In this document: positions 11,911 through 24,722 of the stretch, one piece after another
Position numbering within the stretch: position 1 is the stretch's first letter
Layout: every line of letters begins with the position of its first letter
DNA from: Narcine bancroftii
Lineage: Eukaryota
Assembly: GCF_036971445.1 (NCBI RefSeq)
Contig: NC_091471.1
Span: 342,984,001 to 343,048,000, forward strand
Direction: 5' to 3'
DNA: 64,000 nucleotides
Notes under the pieces: model-generated
The model's input: the letters and a program-made list of their open reading frames with translations, nothing else
What the model was told of the DNA's origin: nothing
Databases searched by the model: none
Position numbers and translations under genes: made by a program

Positions 11911-12277
11911 AGGACTTGTCTTTAAGTGTTTTCAAAGGTCTCTACAATTGAGGACATTGAATAACTACTAAAATAAATTGAAAATTAAAACAAATGTAAC
12001 CATTTTACAATGCAATTAGAAACCACAATAAACAAATACATCAAAAATAAGCTGAGGTTTAAAAAAGACATCTTCTAAGTATTTGGGACAACATTCAGAA
12101 GCATGAGGTGAATCATACACTGGTCCTCCCCAGTGTAAAGCTAAGAAGCTCGCTTCAAGTGTACATCAGTACTCCACTGTTGAGCTCAATCGTGTCGAGC
12201 AGAGTGGTAGCTGACTTTCTGTCTGTCGAAAGCTATGCATCAATCCAAGTCTGCAGGGTAGTCTGAAGCCCAAATGG

Positions 12278-13079
12278 CGATAGGCCCATGGTCCCCCATG
12301 GAAGTGGTTAGTGGTTGAATAGGAACAAGAGGTTCAATCGTGTCTTGGGTAACCTTATACCTCTCATTTTGATCGTTTTAGATTGGTCACAGTGTTTGAG
12401 CTACCGAAAGAAAATAGACACACACACACACCGAGAGCAGTTCAGTTTATACGTCTTTATTACTAAATAGCTAGCTGAATTCACACTATTATATGCAAGC
12501 CCTTCCCAATTATACTTATCAACGCCTGGACTGGTCCCAACTGCTGAAGCGAGGCAACGACTGCACACTTGTAGTAGGTTGTCGGGGTACCAGCTTCTCA
12601 ACCTCCCTCGATCGAGACGTTAGCTGGACTCTTGAAGTTCTTCTTCTTGCTGAGAGATGTTTCCACCTCTTGGGAGAGTCTCAAACTCTGTGGGACCATG
12701 GCTTATATTACCCAAAAGTTGCTTACTTCAGATCTTATCTCTTTGAACAAATGATTTAATTATCTTCAAGGTCTCTTGACAGTCTGCGACCAACAAAAGA
12801 CAACTGCATCTCTGGGCCTCATGGTGGAAGTTGGATAATGTCTACTGATTCATATGCATCTCTGGGCCTCATGGTGGAAGTTGGATAATGTCTACTGATT
12901 CATATGCATCTCTGGGCCTCATGGTGGAAGTTGGATAATGTCTACTGATTCATATGCATCCCTGGGCCCCATAGTGTAAATTTAGATAATACCTAAATTC
13001 ATATGCAACAAGCAGGTTCTCAGCCTTGCAGAAGGAAAGGCTGCAAAAGTAAGAAACACGGTTTAAATCTTCCATTACA
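12278..13079 (-). mobile_element. Solo ERV-like LTR (802 bp)
   Basis: 5-bp TSD AATGG (12273-12277 / 13080-13084); minus strand starts TGTAATGG; TATA-like near 12705; AATAAA near 12457; tandem repeats in U3. Confidence 0.85.
12805..13006. repeat. 50-bp tandem repeat (3 identical units plus 1 diverged) in LTR U3
   Basis: Unit TGCATCTCTGGGCCTCATGGTGGAAGTTGGATAATGTCTACTGATTCATA at 12805, 12855, 12905; diverged unit at 12955. Confidence 0.95.
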
Positions 13080-13401
13080 AATGGTCAACTCCTACTTCCG
13101 TTTCCTGTGTTCTTAATAACTGCCAGTAGCCATTCTGCTTGATTTGTCCAGTGAAGTGATACAGTGAAGGTACAGACCACCAGGAACTGGCCTTCTGTTG
13201 CCTGCATCCACCACATGTCAAGATTCAGGACTACACATTGTATCCTGGCTAAGAAATTATGTTCCTTTGAAGTTACTTGCATTGTGGTAACTTGATTGAT
13301 GTTACTCTAATCTAGTTACATTTTGCTCATTTTTCAGCATATGAAAAAGTGTAAAGGCACAGATTAATGGAACACAAATGTCTGCAGATGCTTTGAATTT
13401 T

Positions 13402-13950
13402 GCCAGCGACTATATTTCATTAGGAGTATGAGGGGATTTGGTATGTCACCAAAGATTCTTGTAGATTTCTACAGGTGTAGCAAGGAAGAGCATTCTGACT
13501 GGTTGTATCACAGTCTGGTATGGAGGTGTCAATGCACAGATCATGAAAAAGCTACAGAGGATTGTGAACCCACTATCATGTGCTATAATTTGTCTTCACT
13601 CAATTCAGGATATCTTTAAGAAGAAGTGTCTCAGGAAAGCAGCCTCTATCGGCAAGGACCCGCACCACCCAGGTCATGCCCTCTTCTCTTCAGGAAGGAA
13701 GTACAGGAGCCCGAAGACACCCTCCCAATGTTACAAAACTATCCGTTCCCCTCTGCCATTAGATTTCTAAACCTATAGATGAAACCTCCCCTTTTTTTTT
13801 TGCACTAATTATTTATTTTTAAATATTGTATTTTTGGAACTGTCATTTATTGAAATTTTGCACCTGCAATGTACTATAATGTTGCCACAAAGGTAACAAA
13901 ATTTGTGATGCATGTTCATGACAATTAACCAGATTCTGATACTTATTCTG
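13402..13950 (+). mobile_element. Rex1/Babar 3' fragment
   Basis: 'KAASIGKDPHHPGHALFS..GRKYRS' and tail 'gattctga'. Confidence 0.85.
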
Positions 13951-13952
13951 AA

Positions 13953-14100
13953 TGTAGCAAAAACACAAAAATGCTGGAGGAACTTGTGACAGTATTACAC
14001 CTTGAAGAAGGACTCAGATCATAAACATTGGTTACACACCTTTTCCTCCTATGGACGCTGTGTGACCTGCTGAGTTCCTACAGTATTTTTGTGCTTTTAT
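13953..14100. mobile_element. Penelope-derived inverted-repeat element, split by the Rex1 copy (left part 13370-13400)
   Basis: 'acacaaaaatgctggaggaact...agttcctacagtatttttgtg' inverted ends and degenerate TTGAAGAAGG core. Confidence 0.65.
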
Positions 14101-14412
14101 TAAAGACACAAGTTTTTCAAGTTTCAAAGAATGTTTTTTACATGTTCTCACAGAGCGATAATGAGGCAGAGCATATTGTGGAAGAGAGATTCTATCATAT
14201 ACCTGATTACTTTCATGTGATAGTTTAGGAGTTAAGGGCGGACAATTGAAAGTGATTCAGGAACTACACTGTGCACATCTTTACTGCACCATCCAATCAC
14301 ACTCACACATTTCAGGAATTATATGTTGGGTTATTTTTGACCTTCATGAAAAGAGGACATAACTGGAGAGAGAAAAGAAAGTTTAAAGGAGAATTTAAAT
14401 GGTTATCCTTAC

Positions 14413-14633
14413 CTGTGTTTTTATTTTTGGTGGATCCATTACTGAGGCCAACAATGGAATCCTCCCAAATGATCCTGAGGTCTTACATGTCAGAGGTGAG
14501 AACTTCCTTGAGACAGCAACATGGTGTTTGTGCAACCAGCTGGAGGTGTCCATCTTGGATGGATTCAAAATGGAGGCCTCCACACGCGGAGGTTCTGTCT
14601 TGGGGCCGTTTGCGGAGTTAATAAATCTACTTG
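14413..14633 (-). other. Candidate exon (221 nt), product unknown
   Basis: TTCTTTTTAAG acceptor, CAG|GTAAGG donor, one fully open frame, non-repetitive sequence; no homology recognised. Confidence 0.25.
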
Positions 14634-17113
14634 CTTAAAAAGAACCCAAGTTTCTTTATTGTAATAAAAGAAACATCACATGGTAACAGTGGTGGGGTAT
14701 CCATCTTGAATGTTCTGCAGTGCTCACCTTGAAATGCATGATCAACCAAAATGTCAAGTGCAGCCCTCCATTTATAATTTGTCATGATGACAAATCTGCT
14801 CTAATCATCACTAGTACTTGAAATGATTATGATTGCTCCTTCCATGGTAGAAGATGGGAATCGAAAGATCATGCCTATTTTTTTTCTGATTTTGCTACTA
14901 AACCATAATTACTGTTTGTAATCATGAATAATGTCTAGAATTGAAAATACTTGTGTGTCAGGACATTACATATCATACACACGAGATAATCACTGAATTC
15001 ACGTTCCCACATAAATCAGGTGTGAGCTCCCCATGTGGAGCAAAATAAGCTATGAGCTTTTAAGAAACAAGTAGCCATGTAGTTCTTGTTGTTTATGAGC
15101 ACTTTGCTCATTCCTGCCACAATCAAGGTATTCATCTACCTGTATGACATTAAAAAATACAGGCAGAGATAATCATTTTTATAGGGTATGTAAACAAGCA
15201 GAAAATTAGAGGATGCATTTGATCGTTGCGCACAATCGGAGAAGAACCTCAATAAATTATATTCTTTATGAATCATTTTGGTGCTCTCTATTTTTGTGTT
15301 TCCATCTTTTTTCTCTGTACTTTATTTCACTTAGACCAGAATCCATCATGAGCCTTTATATTACAATTATCATACCTTAGTAACAAAAAAAGTAGGACGT
15401 TTTTCCATCAATCATTAGTTTCACTTCTAATGTCAAAATAGATCCCAAACCTGACAGTAGCCAACAGCTCAGTGATTGAATATTATGGCTATACGAGTCT
15501 GGACTGTGATCAATGACATGCTCTGAAAAATAGTTTAATTGTATTTAAAGTGCTGTAAACATTTCAATTCGATTGCTTTAAAACTGATTATCCCTTCACC
15601 TTGTTAACTTGGTTTGTATGGTATCAGGAGTAATGACTTCGGTAACACAAATGAAAATAAATCTAATTCTTCCCACACACTGGAATATATAACTGCAGTG
15701 TCAGATTAATCGAAATCTAATGTGAAGTCTCCCATCATTAGTTTGTGGTCGACTAAGAGTTAGTTATAAAGTAATCTGAGGAATTGCAGGTGATAAAATT
15801 GAAAACCTCAGCAGGGAGCATGTAGAGAAAAAAGTATCATTTAAAATCGATTGTTCAATCAGATGATTATGCATCACATCGTCACATCTCATATGGAACA
15901 TTTACGCATTTGCTTGAAATTCTGTTATTAATTCAAACAAATCAGAACAAAAATTGTTCTGCCCAATGCAATTTTTGGCAAGAGCTTCAACAAAACCCTG
16001 CTCTTTCTCCACTTGTGTTTGCCGTTGGCGGTCAATTATAATTAATCAAAACAAACTGTTTTCTTACAAAGCAAAGAAAGAACTTGACATCGATCCATCT
16101 TGAGTCTTCAGCGATTAAATGATTTGGTTTGAAAAGTCATGGTTAGTGTTGTTGGGCTTTCATTGTCAGTTTTGGAATAACGAATTCTGTTGATACAATA
16201 CATGATCTTGCCCCTGCCAGCATTTAGCCCCTCCACAGTGATCTCTGCAGTCAGCTGTTAAAGGGATATGCCACTGATGCAAACATCAATTTTCCAGATA
16301 GAGGAAACAATTTCTACTTACTGGGTGAATGCTGCTGTTCTGGGAGTGTGTGGGGAAGAGTTGATGAAGAAATTTGCTTACAGGAGACCCACACTTTGTG
16401 CATTTGGACTATGGAGAACCTATCAAGTTGGAGTCCGGTGCCTCTGCTGGAGATTGCCAGAGTAGTTTCTGCAGAAGTAAAATGCCACCTACTCCAGGAG
16501 TCTGCAGAACATACTGTTTATTTTTTTCGCTACTGCACACTGAGGGGGGAGAAAAAGAGATGCTAAGTTCTTTTGAGATTGTGTGGTTTCACCAGTTAAC
16601 ACCAAAATGACGTTAGGAAGCAGAAAATAATTCTGCCCCTCATCTCATCTTTCTGAGCAACTGACTTTGTCATGTTGAGGTTATACTAAAGGATGTGGAA
16701 GAGGAGGAGAGATCTCATTTCAGTGAGTTCAAAGATTGCAGTTTGATTGTCAACCTAATGGAACAATTTCAGGGAAAGTGGGGTGAAATACATGATTAGT
16801 CTATGAATAAAAATGATCCATCGTTTTTCAGATCAACGAGCTTGAAAAATGTACTGGGAGATGAATTTTGGGTGTTGCATTACAGCTTACTGTTGCTGTC
16901 GACAGGAAATGGTTTAGTTCAGAAACAGACATGCCAGGGCAAATGAAAATCCTACTGAAAAGTCAGCCATCTATCCAATAAAGGGCAGGAAGATGCTTAA
17001 AAAAAAGTGTAAAAATTAAATGGTTAACAAATTTGCAACAGTTTTACTTTTTTGTAAACTTTAAGAAGGAATTTTGATACTATTGATAATATCCACAAAT
17101 TTCATTCTATGGA

Positions 17114-17804
17114 TGTTGTTGGACTCTGGCTTTACCCTACCCTCAATTTGGTCTATGTATCTTCTGAGTCCAGCATGCTCGTTAAATGAAGTGATAGGAG
17201 AAGGTATTCGGTTTCACAATCAGTTTATTACATAGTACAAGAATAAAGCTTAACAGAGCTCTGGTTCAGTCATTAGTTCATAGATCACCTGCTCAGTGAG
17301 CTATTCCCCAAGACTGACTCCTACTGTCCAGTCTCTTCTGTTTATATAGATCAACATTGTTACATTAACCATGAGTTGGCTTTCTTTGATAAACTCCTTG
17401 CATAAAATTTATCTCAAGCAATTTCCTGCTCTCCACTTATCGATGATGTAGACCTCCTATCTTAATCCCCAAGGCCAGAACATCCTGTTGTTTTGATCAG
17501 AAGTCAATTCATACCCCAGATATTTCTAATTATTTCTTTGTTCTCATCTGGCCATAGTCTTCTGTTCAAATCAACACCTCCCGTGTATCCTTATGACTTA
17601 ATTATTTCTTACTAAATTGATTTATCCATTTTGTTTGTCTCTGACATGCTCAGTCATGGTACTCTTATCACTTATCCTTGCAATACACTTATCTTCCTGT
17701 CATTGGCCTGTTTCAGACTAAATCACTATCTCGATGGTTCCTCCAACCTCATCCTGTCAAACTTCTCCTATCTGCTATCCTTTTTCTCCCATGTGTGCTT
17801 TACA
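17114..17804 (-). mobile_element. Probable solo LTR (older)
   Basis: TG...CA ends, minus-strand TATATAAA near 17345 and AATAAA near 17224; TSD not clearly preserved. Confidence 0.5.
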
Positions 17805-18226
17805 ATTAGCAGTGTAACCTTGGGGATGAAAGTATTGTATTTGGAGCCAGCAAATTCTACACATACTATAATCAGCCAACTTTTCTACATAGTGTGGCTG
17901 TTACTTAATTGCATTAATATTTCCTTTAAACAGTATAATTGAAGTAAATAGTAAATTGTTACATAGTAATGGATTAATGAATACATAATGAATAGTACAT
18001 AGGCATATTTTCCATGATTACAGCCCCTTGGTTCCAACAATGTCAACTCCATTCACATCTCTGGCATCTGTTGAAACCTGAATAAGACTACATGGAATCT
18101 TGGTGTCCCATATGATTCCAAGGTGATCTTCATCCAACTTCTCCACTTCATTATTTTGTCTGCCTATTTCCACCTCTGTAAGATTACCCAGGCTGCCTGA
18201 AAGAACTGCAACTTAAACTCTAATCC

Positions 18227-18300
18227 ATTGGTTCTCAACCTTTTTCTTTCCACTCACATACCACTTTAAGCATTCCCTATGCCAGTGGTGCTCTGTGATT
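18227..18300. mobile_element. Fragment of the hAT MITE family seen at 27064
   Basis: 'cattggttctcaacctttttctttccactcacataccactttaag' matches the 27064 terminus. Confidence 0.8.
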
Positions 18301-18542
18301 GCCAAGTTGGTTTATTATTTTTACTCCTTTAAAATGGTGAAAAAATACATATTTTTCATAAATTTCATTGCATCCAGAAAATGATATCAACATGATACAT
18401 AAATGTTCTCCTTTCATCCAGGAGAAAGATCAACCTCATGCCATCATTAAACCTTCCTTAATCTCTTAAGGGGAAACTGAATGATGGACTCCACTTTTAC
18501 GACTGAACCCTTCCTTGAATTGCCAATACAATTCGTCTAAAT

Positions 18543-19532
18543 CAGGGGTGTCAAACTCAAATTCACGGAGGGCCAAAATTAAAAACTTCGACTAAGTCGA
18601 GGGCCGAACTAAATATTTATTGAAAATTTTCAACAACATCTGCATGTTTTCTCTTCTTTCAACATATGTAATGTTAAACTTTAGGATATAACTTTAGGAG
18701 GATAATGTTACAGGTCAGGAGTAGGTAGCTCAAGTTCACCCTTTGCTTGACCTGAGGGAAACATATTTGGTCCCTGTGGAGATGTAGTCAGCATTCACAG
18801 GCTGTGTCCATTTTGGCCTGCATCAGGACTCAGCATTTCCTGCTCACTCCTCAGGCTCTAGGCCTCTATTCACCCTCGACCCACCTTCCCTCTACCTGAC
18901 CAGTCCTTTACCCAACCTCTACTCACTCCTCACTCCACTCGCTCTGCCTCTACCCACCCCATCCTATACACGCCCCTCTACTGCCTCTCCCCTCAACCTG
19001 TTCCTCCCTCTACCCGTCTCTCACCCTCTAATCACCCCTCCCCTACTCACCCTGCCCCTCCCCTTTTACCTCTTCCCTATCCATCCCTCCTTCTACTCAT
19101 CCCTCCCTCTAACTGCCCCTCGCACCACCATACACTGCCCATTACTCCTCACCTACACCCTCTGCCCACCCCTGCTTACCCACCCACTCAGGCCCAGTGC
19201 GCTGCCGATCAGCCTTTGCGGACAGCCACCATCTCTCTCTTCACGTGCAGGGCCGAACCAGCCATCCCTAGGGTCCGCGTGGGTGCAAGCGCTTGTGCGG
19301 GGAGCCTTCCAACTGGTTTGCCAGCTGACGACATCGACAGACTTCTCGTGTTACAATGGGGAAGGATGTGCAATGAAGGGGGAGGATGGTGGGGGTGACA
19401 TTACCAAAAAACAGCATCGGCTCTCGCTGCAGGGCGGGCCACCTCTCATACATTTTTGAAATGATCTTGTGGGCCAAATATAATTATATCGCGGGCCAAA
19501 TTTGGCCCGCGGGCCAGTGTTTGACATGTGTG
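18543..19532. mobile_element. Non-autonomous hAT (Charlie-like) DNA transposon, 990 bp
   Basis: Perfect 8-bp TSD GTCTAAAT (18535-18542 / 19533-19540); TIRs CAGGGGTGTCAAAC / GTTTGACATGTGTG; GGGCC subterminal repeats. Confidence 0.92.
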
Positions 19533-19617
19533 GTCTAAATGTTCACAATAATATGTGTTGGAGTGGATACAATTATGACTGGGTTGCGAATTAAACACAA
19601 AGGCTCCAATTCTAATT

Positions 19618-20321
19618 CGGGTGTCTAACCTTTTATCCATCATTTCAAACACCAGTAACCTCCAAAAACCGGCATTTATTTTTCACTAGAATGAAATGAC
19701 ACATAAGTTACGTTATTGTCCCGTAAACTCTCTCTCTTTTCAGAAGTTCCCCTCCCCCATTCCCTCTCTCTCTTGCTTTCCGTGGAAAGGTGAGTCCCGG
19801 CCCCCAGCACCCGAAGGGAGGGAAGCAGGCGGTGGCTGACTCAACATGGGAGCCATGGTCGCCTTCCTTACCCATCATCCCCCACGCAGCTGGAACCGCC
19901 CTGATGTTGGCAGAATGGTTCCAGCTGCGTGGGGGTTGATGGGTAAGGAAGGCGACCATGGCTCCTGCTGTGGCGTCGGGAGTGAGGCGGGACGCTGCGC
20001 TGCGCTCCTCCTGCACCTCTTATCCGGCCGTCGGCCCTGCTTGGTCGGCGGCTCCGAGCAGCCGACGCTGGCGGGCCACCCCGTCGCCTCCGACCTCGCC
20101 CTGACCGGCGAGCTGATCCAGAGCCGACTGGACGGCACTGCTCAGCCCGGTCAGCAACCCACCCCTCCCCTCCCGTGTTCAGCCTGGCCGGCCGAGGACA
20201 CACGGGGAAAGGGGATGGCGGCGGGGACGAGGAGCGCTTGAAATTATTCCGAAATCCGGAAGATTCCAAATAACGGCAGGTGTCTGGTTCCGACGATCCT
20301 GGATAAAAGGTTAGGCGCCTG
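19618..20321. mobile_element. Tc1/mariner-Tigger-like non-autonomous element with GC-rich interior
   Basis: TIRs CGGGTGTCTAACCTTTTATCC / GGATAAAAGGTTAGGCGCCTG; internal hairpin 19849-19965. Confidence 0.75.
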
Positions 20322-20682
20322 AATATTTTTCTAAAAATATAATTTCAAGAAAACTTTGGGCTTTAATATTTGAAAACTATTTGGGAAAGAAAACAATTAC
20401 AATGTTATAATGCAACAGCAGTCATCAGAATCTGAAGCTTGATTTGGACTTTCCAAACATTAAAGAAAATGGGTTCTTGTATGAAACAGGTTGGTACCCA
20501 TCTGTGTTTCTTGCCTTTCCCAAAGGTAATGTCACTCATGTTTGCTTTTATTTGCAAAAGTTTTCATGTTTGCCTTTTAATGCAATATTGTGTCCTGTTG
20601 ATTGGCAAAGCATTCTGAGAGTGGCACTGTTGGAAATTAAATCTGCAAAGTCTTCTTGGATGGTTTTTTGAGGGGGTTACAT

Positions 20683-22850
20683 GGATTTTGGATGGAGTTC
20701 AGTAAGGCTTTTGACAAAGTCCCACACTGGTGGTTAGTTCAGAAGGTTCAGTCACTAGAGGTTGTAAACTGGATTGGAAATGTGGCTGAATGGGAGAAGA
20801 CTGAGAGTGGTGGTGAATGATGGCTTCTCAGACTGGAGGTCTAGGATTAGTGATGTGCCTCAGGGATTGGTGCTGGGACCATTGTTGTTTGTTGCCTATA
20901 TCAATGATCTGGATGATAACAATTGGATGAGAAGATTTACTGATGACAGAAAGATTGAAGGTGGTGTGGACAGCGAAGAAGGTTTTCAAAGCTTGCAGAG
21001 GAATCTGGACCAACAGGAAAAATGGGCCAGAAAGCAGAAGATGAAATTTAATGCAGAAAAGTACGAGGTGTTGCATTTTGGAAGGACAGACTATTACGAG
21101 CTCCCGTTTGAGTAAAATGGGAATGTCACTAGCAAGGGATAGTATAGACAGGAGGGACTGAATGGATGCAGTTAACATTTCACACAAACACTACACAAGT
21201 CACAGCACAATGATAATTCGGTACATTGGAAGTGAGGGAAGGTTGTCACAGTCTGTTTCAGAATTTGATACATTTGGAAATACATTGTGATTTTGCAAAG
21301 GGAGAACCATAGTGACTGCTGGAGAGAAAGCAGCTTTTTGAAGCAGCCATTTTTATGGAATTCCGAGCAAAACAGACTCAATGAGCCTTGTGGCCTTGCT
21401 TCTGATCCTTTATCTTGTGATCTTCTAAAACCTGCTCTGTGAATGATTGGGCCTTTTCAGTCGATTGACCTGTGCCAGGAGGGTCTTTTTGGGATTGTGA
21501 AGTTAATTGGAGAGACCGGTGCCAGGGTCTTGGAAGCTTCATGGAGGCTGCCCTGTTCGAGTCTTGCCTACAAAAGAGCCAGGAGTGTTATGACTACAGC
21601 TCGTGTGGATGGACATTACTTTAAAGGCAAAGCAAGAAGAATTCATGAGCAGCAACAACTCCAGTCGTCCCATCAGTTCAACTTTAAATCTGGTCATCAA
21701 ATTTCAAATGCCTTCGCCTGAACTTTGAAGCAACTTTCTAGATTTTGGCTGGACTGTAATGGTTTGGGTGTCACAGACACAGACACACACACACAGCTGC
21801 ACATAGCTAGGGATAGATTTAGTGTTAAGGATAGTTTTAAAGTTAAAACTATCTAAAACTAACTTAAAAGTTAGAAATAAAAGTAGTGGTTTAAAAATAA
21901 GCACTGTCTGGTTCATTGTCTATTGCTCCTCATTTTGCATGGTTCATAACAAAATACAGTAAATGGTCGGGCTCTGAGGAGTGTGGAGGAACAAAGTGAT
22001 ATGGTAGTATAGATACATAATTTCCTGAAAATGGCCTTACAGATGGACAGGGTTGTAAAGAAAGCTTTTAGCATCTTGGCCTTCATAAATCAATGTATTG
22101 AGTGCAATAGTTGTGATGTTATGGTTACATGTAGACGCCCAGGACTTGTGGCATAACAGGTGGTGTGACACGAAGGCACATTACTCTTCTGTTGGAATTT
22201 GCATGGGACCCTGTCTTTCAGGGAATTGCCTCCCCAATCCTAAGCAAGTCAGCTGGTGGAGGATCAGAGACCCCCTATTGATAAAGGTTGCATAAGACAT
22301 TAGTGAAGCTAAATCTGGAGTGTTCTGTGCAGTTCTGGTCACCCAACTCCAAGAAGGAGATCCGTAAGATTAAAAGAATGCAGGGAAGATTTACTAGATG
22401 TTGCTGGGTCTTCAGAAGTTGAGATACAGGGAAAGATTAAACAGTTTAGAATTTTATTCCTTGGAGTGTAGAAGAATGAGGGGAGATTTGATAAAGGTTT
22501 ACAAAATTATGAGGGGAATAGATAGAGTAAATGCAAGTAGGCTCTTTTCACTTAGATTAGGAGATTAAAAATACTGGAAGACGGCTTAAGGGTGAAAGGT
22601 TTAGGAGGAACATCAGGAAGATCTTCTTCACTCAGAGTGGTGAGAATGTTGAATGAGCTGCCACCTGACATGGTAAATGTGGGCTTACTCTTAAGTTTTA
22701 AGAATAAATTGGATAGATACATGGATGGGAGAGGTCTGGAGGGTTGTGGAATGGATGCAGGTCAGTAGAACGAGAGGATTGATGTTTTGGCACAGACTAG
22801 AAGGGCAAATAGCCTGTTTACTGCACTGTAATTTTCTATGGAGTACATTG
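20683..22850 (+). mobile_element. CR1 LINE 3' portion, interrupted twice
   Basis: 'VPQGLVLGPLLFVAYINDLD..FTDDRKI..MKFNAEKYEVLHFGR'; resumes at 21952; CR1 3' end 'agaagggcaaatagcctgttt...ttctat'. Confidence 0.9.
21092..21951 (+). mobile_element. Solo LTR (~860 bp) nested in CR1
   Basis: Termini TATTACGAGC / GTTCATAACA (degenerate TGTTAC..GTAACA) interrupt contiguous CR1 coding sequence; AAAATAA near 21895. Confidence 0.7.
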
Positions 22851-24279
22851 AGTTCAATTTTAGCTGGTTCAGAAGGAATTATTGGAATCTCATTCACCTG
22901 CGCTTGTGCTGTCACATGTAGATGCCCAGGGCTTATGGCACAAGGCACATTGCTCTCCTGTTGGAGTTTGCATGGGACGCTGTCTTTCAGGGAATTGCCT
23001 CCCCAATCCTAAGCAAGTCAGCCTGGTGGAGGATCAGAGTCGCCCTATTGACTTCTTTGGAGAGATAGCAGGGTTATATTTTTTTAAATTTTACTTTAAT
23101 TTGAATTATTTTAAAAATATCAGTCTTTTATTTTTTATTACAAAATATATTTTTTCAGTGAGTATTTTCAATTGCAATTTTTTTAAAAAATCATGGGATG
23201 CCTGAAAGAGTTTAAAACTGCTAAACTCAATGAAAATATAGTCAGAAAGCAAAGTTTCCCCCCCACCCCCACCTCCACACCCTAGGAGATGTGGATGGAG
23301 TCCATGAAGGGAAAGGAAGTATTTGTTATATTCTATAGCTTTCAATCTCAAGCAGAGAAGCTCCCATACCATAGTGTGATGCATCAGCTTGCATGCTCTC
23401 GATGGTGCGCATTGAAGGATGGGGAAATGCAAAGTCCATTCGAATGCATTGGATATGCATTGACCATGCCTTATCAGAAATGTAGATATACAAGTTCAAT
23501 AGGCATGAGCAAGAATGAATGTGTGCAAACGGTGGGAGTATGGTTATCCATGGTCCAGAGCGAGATAGGGAATTTTCTGTAGGTGGTGTGGACCATTGGT
23601 GTGCAGCAAAAGCAAAAGTAGTAACTCTGTGTAACATGTCGGATCAAATGAGACCCAGTTCATTGCTAATGAGCCTCACTGGACCTAGCAGGCTACAGAA
23701 AGTTGCTGTTTGTAGTATTGACAACACATTAAAGATCGAAAGTAAGGAGCAAAAGGAAGCAATATCAGGAAAATGGTGGATTCAGCACAGTGGAATTATA
23801 AGAATCATTATGATGTCAAAGTTTAGGAATAACCCTCAATCTGTTGAAGTCATAACAGGATGGTGTACTCAGCCTCAGAGTTCAATCAATGAATTTCCAT
23901 TGACGAAGTAACAGGATCTCATGATGTACTGATTGCGTTGTATGCCTTATGGGTAAATTCCTGCTTTTCGTGTTTCAATTTAAATCAAACATGTAAATTT
24001 TATTTCAGTACCTCATCCATCTTTAATGGCAATAAAAATGTCATTTTGCAATTCTTTAAGCAGTGTTTAATACATTATAATTGACTGTTTCTTTATTTTA
24101 AAAGCTGATAGAAGTAAAATTGTATGTTGAGGGAAGACTTCAACCTTGAGGTTCCTCTTTACAAAGAGGAATACTTCTGTTGATGTGTTCATACATAGTT
24201 CCCCTTTATTATAAATAAGAACATTTCAAAAATGGATCATAAACTGGGCAGTTCTTAAAGGGGGCATAGGCTCACTCAA

Positions 24280-24722
24280 AGAATCAGAGTTGGACAACAC
24301 AGAAATAGGCTCCTATACCCAACTTGTCCATGCTACCCACTTGCCTGCAATCACCCCATACCCCTCTTGTCTATTCCTGTTTAAGTGTCTTTTAAATTTT
24401 ACAATCATTACCTGCCTCTATCAAGTTCCACTTAACAACCACCCTCTGCGTGGAAGGGGTGACCCTCAGGTCTTGTTTAAATCTTTCTTCTGTTACTATT
24501 GATCTATACCCTTGAGTTTGAGTTCCCCTATTCTAGAAAAAAAAGCTGATGACGATTTAACTTATTTATTCCCTTCATAATTTTAGAAACCTCTAAGTTC
24601 CCCTCAGCCTCCAAGAGCCTATCTAGACATAATCCAAGTCTACCAGTCTTGATAACATTCTTGTGAATCTTTTTTCCTCTTCAGATTTAAAACATTTTTC
24701 ATAGAGCAGGTGACCAGAACTA
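24280..24722 (-). mobile_element. CR1 3' fragment (degraded)
   Basis: Antisense CR1 3' end motifs ('caccaccctctg', 'gtgaccagaacta'). Confidence 0.7.

Noticed and set aside
12805-13006. CRISPR-like regular repeat
   Set aside because: Units are head-to-tail with no unique spacers and lie inside an LTR in eukaryotic DNA
19708-20269. Overlapping GC-rich ORFs and CpG-island-like promoter
   Set aside because: Contained within the TIRs of a DNA transposon; ORFs reflect GC content and the palindrome
23519-23911. 130-aa ORF with a possible acceptor and donor
   Set aside because: No recognisable domain or supporting partner exons; length is compatible with chance
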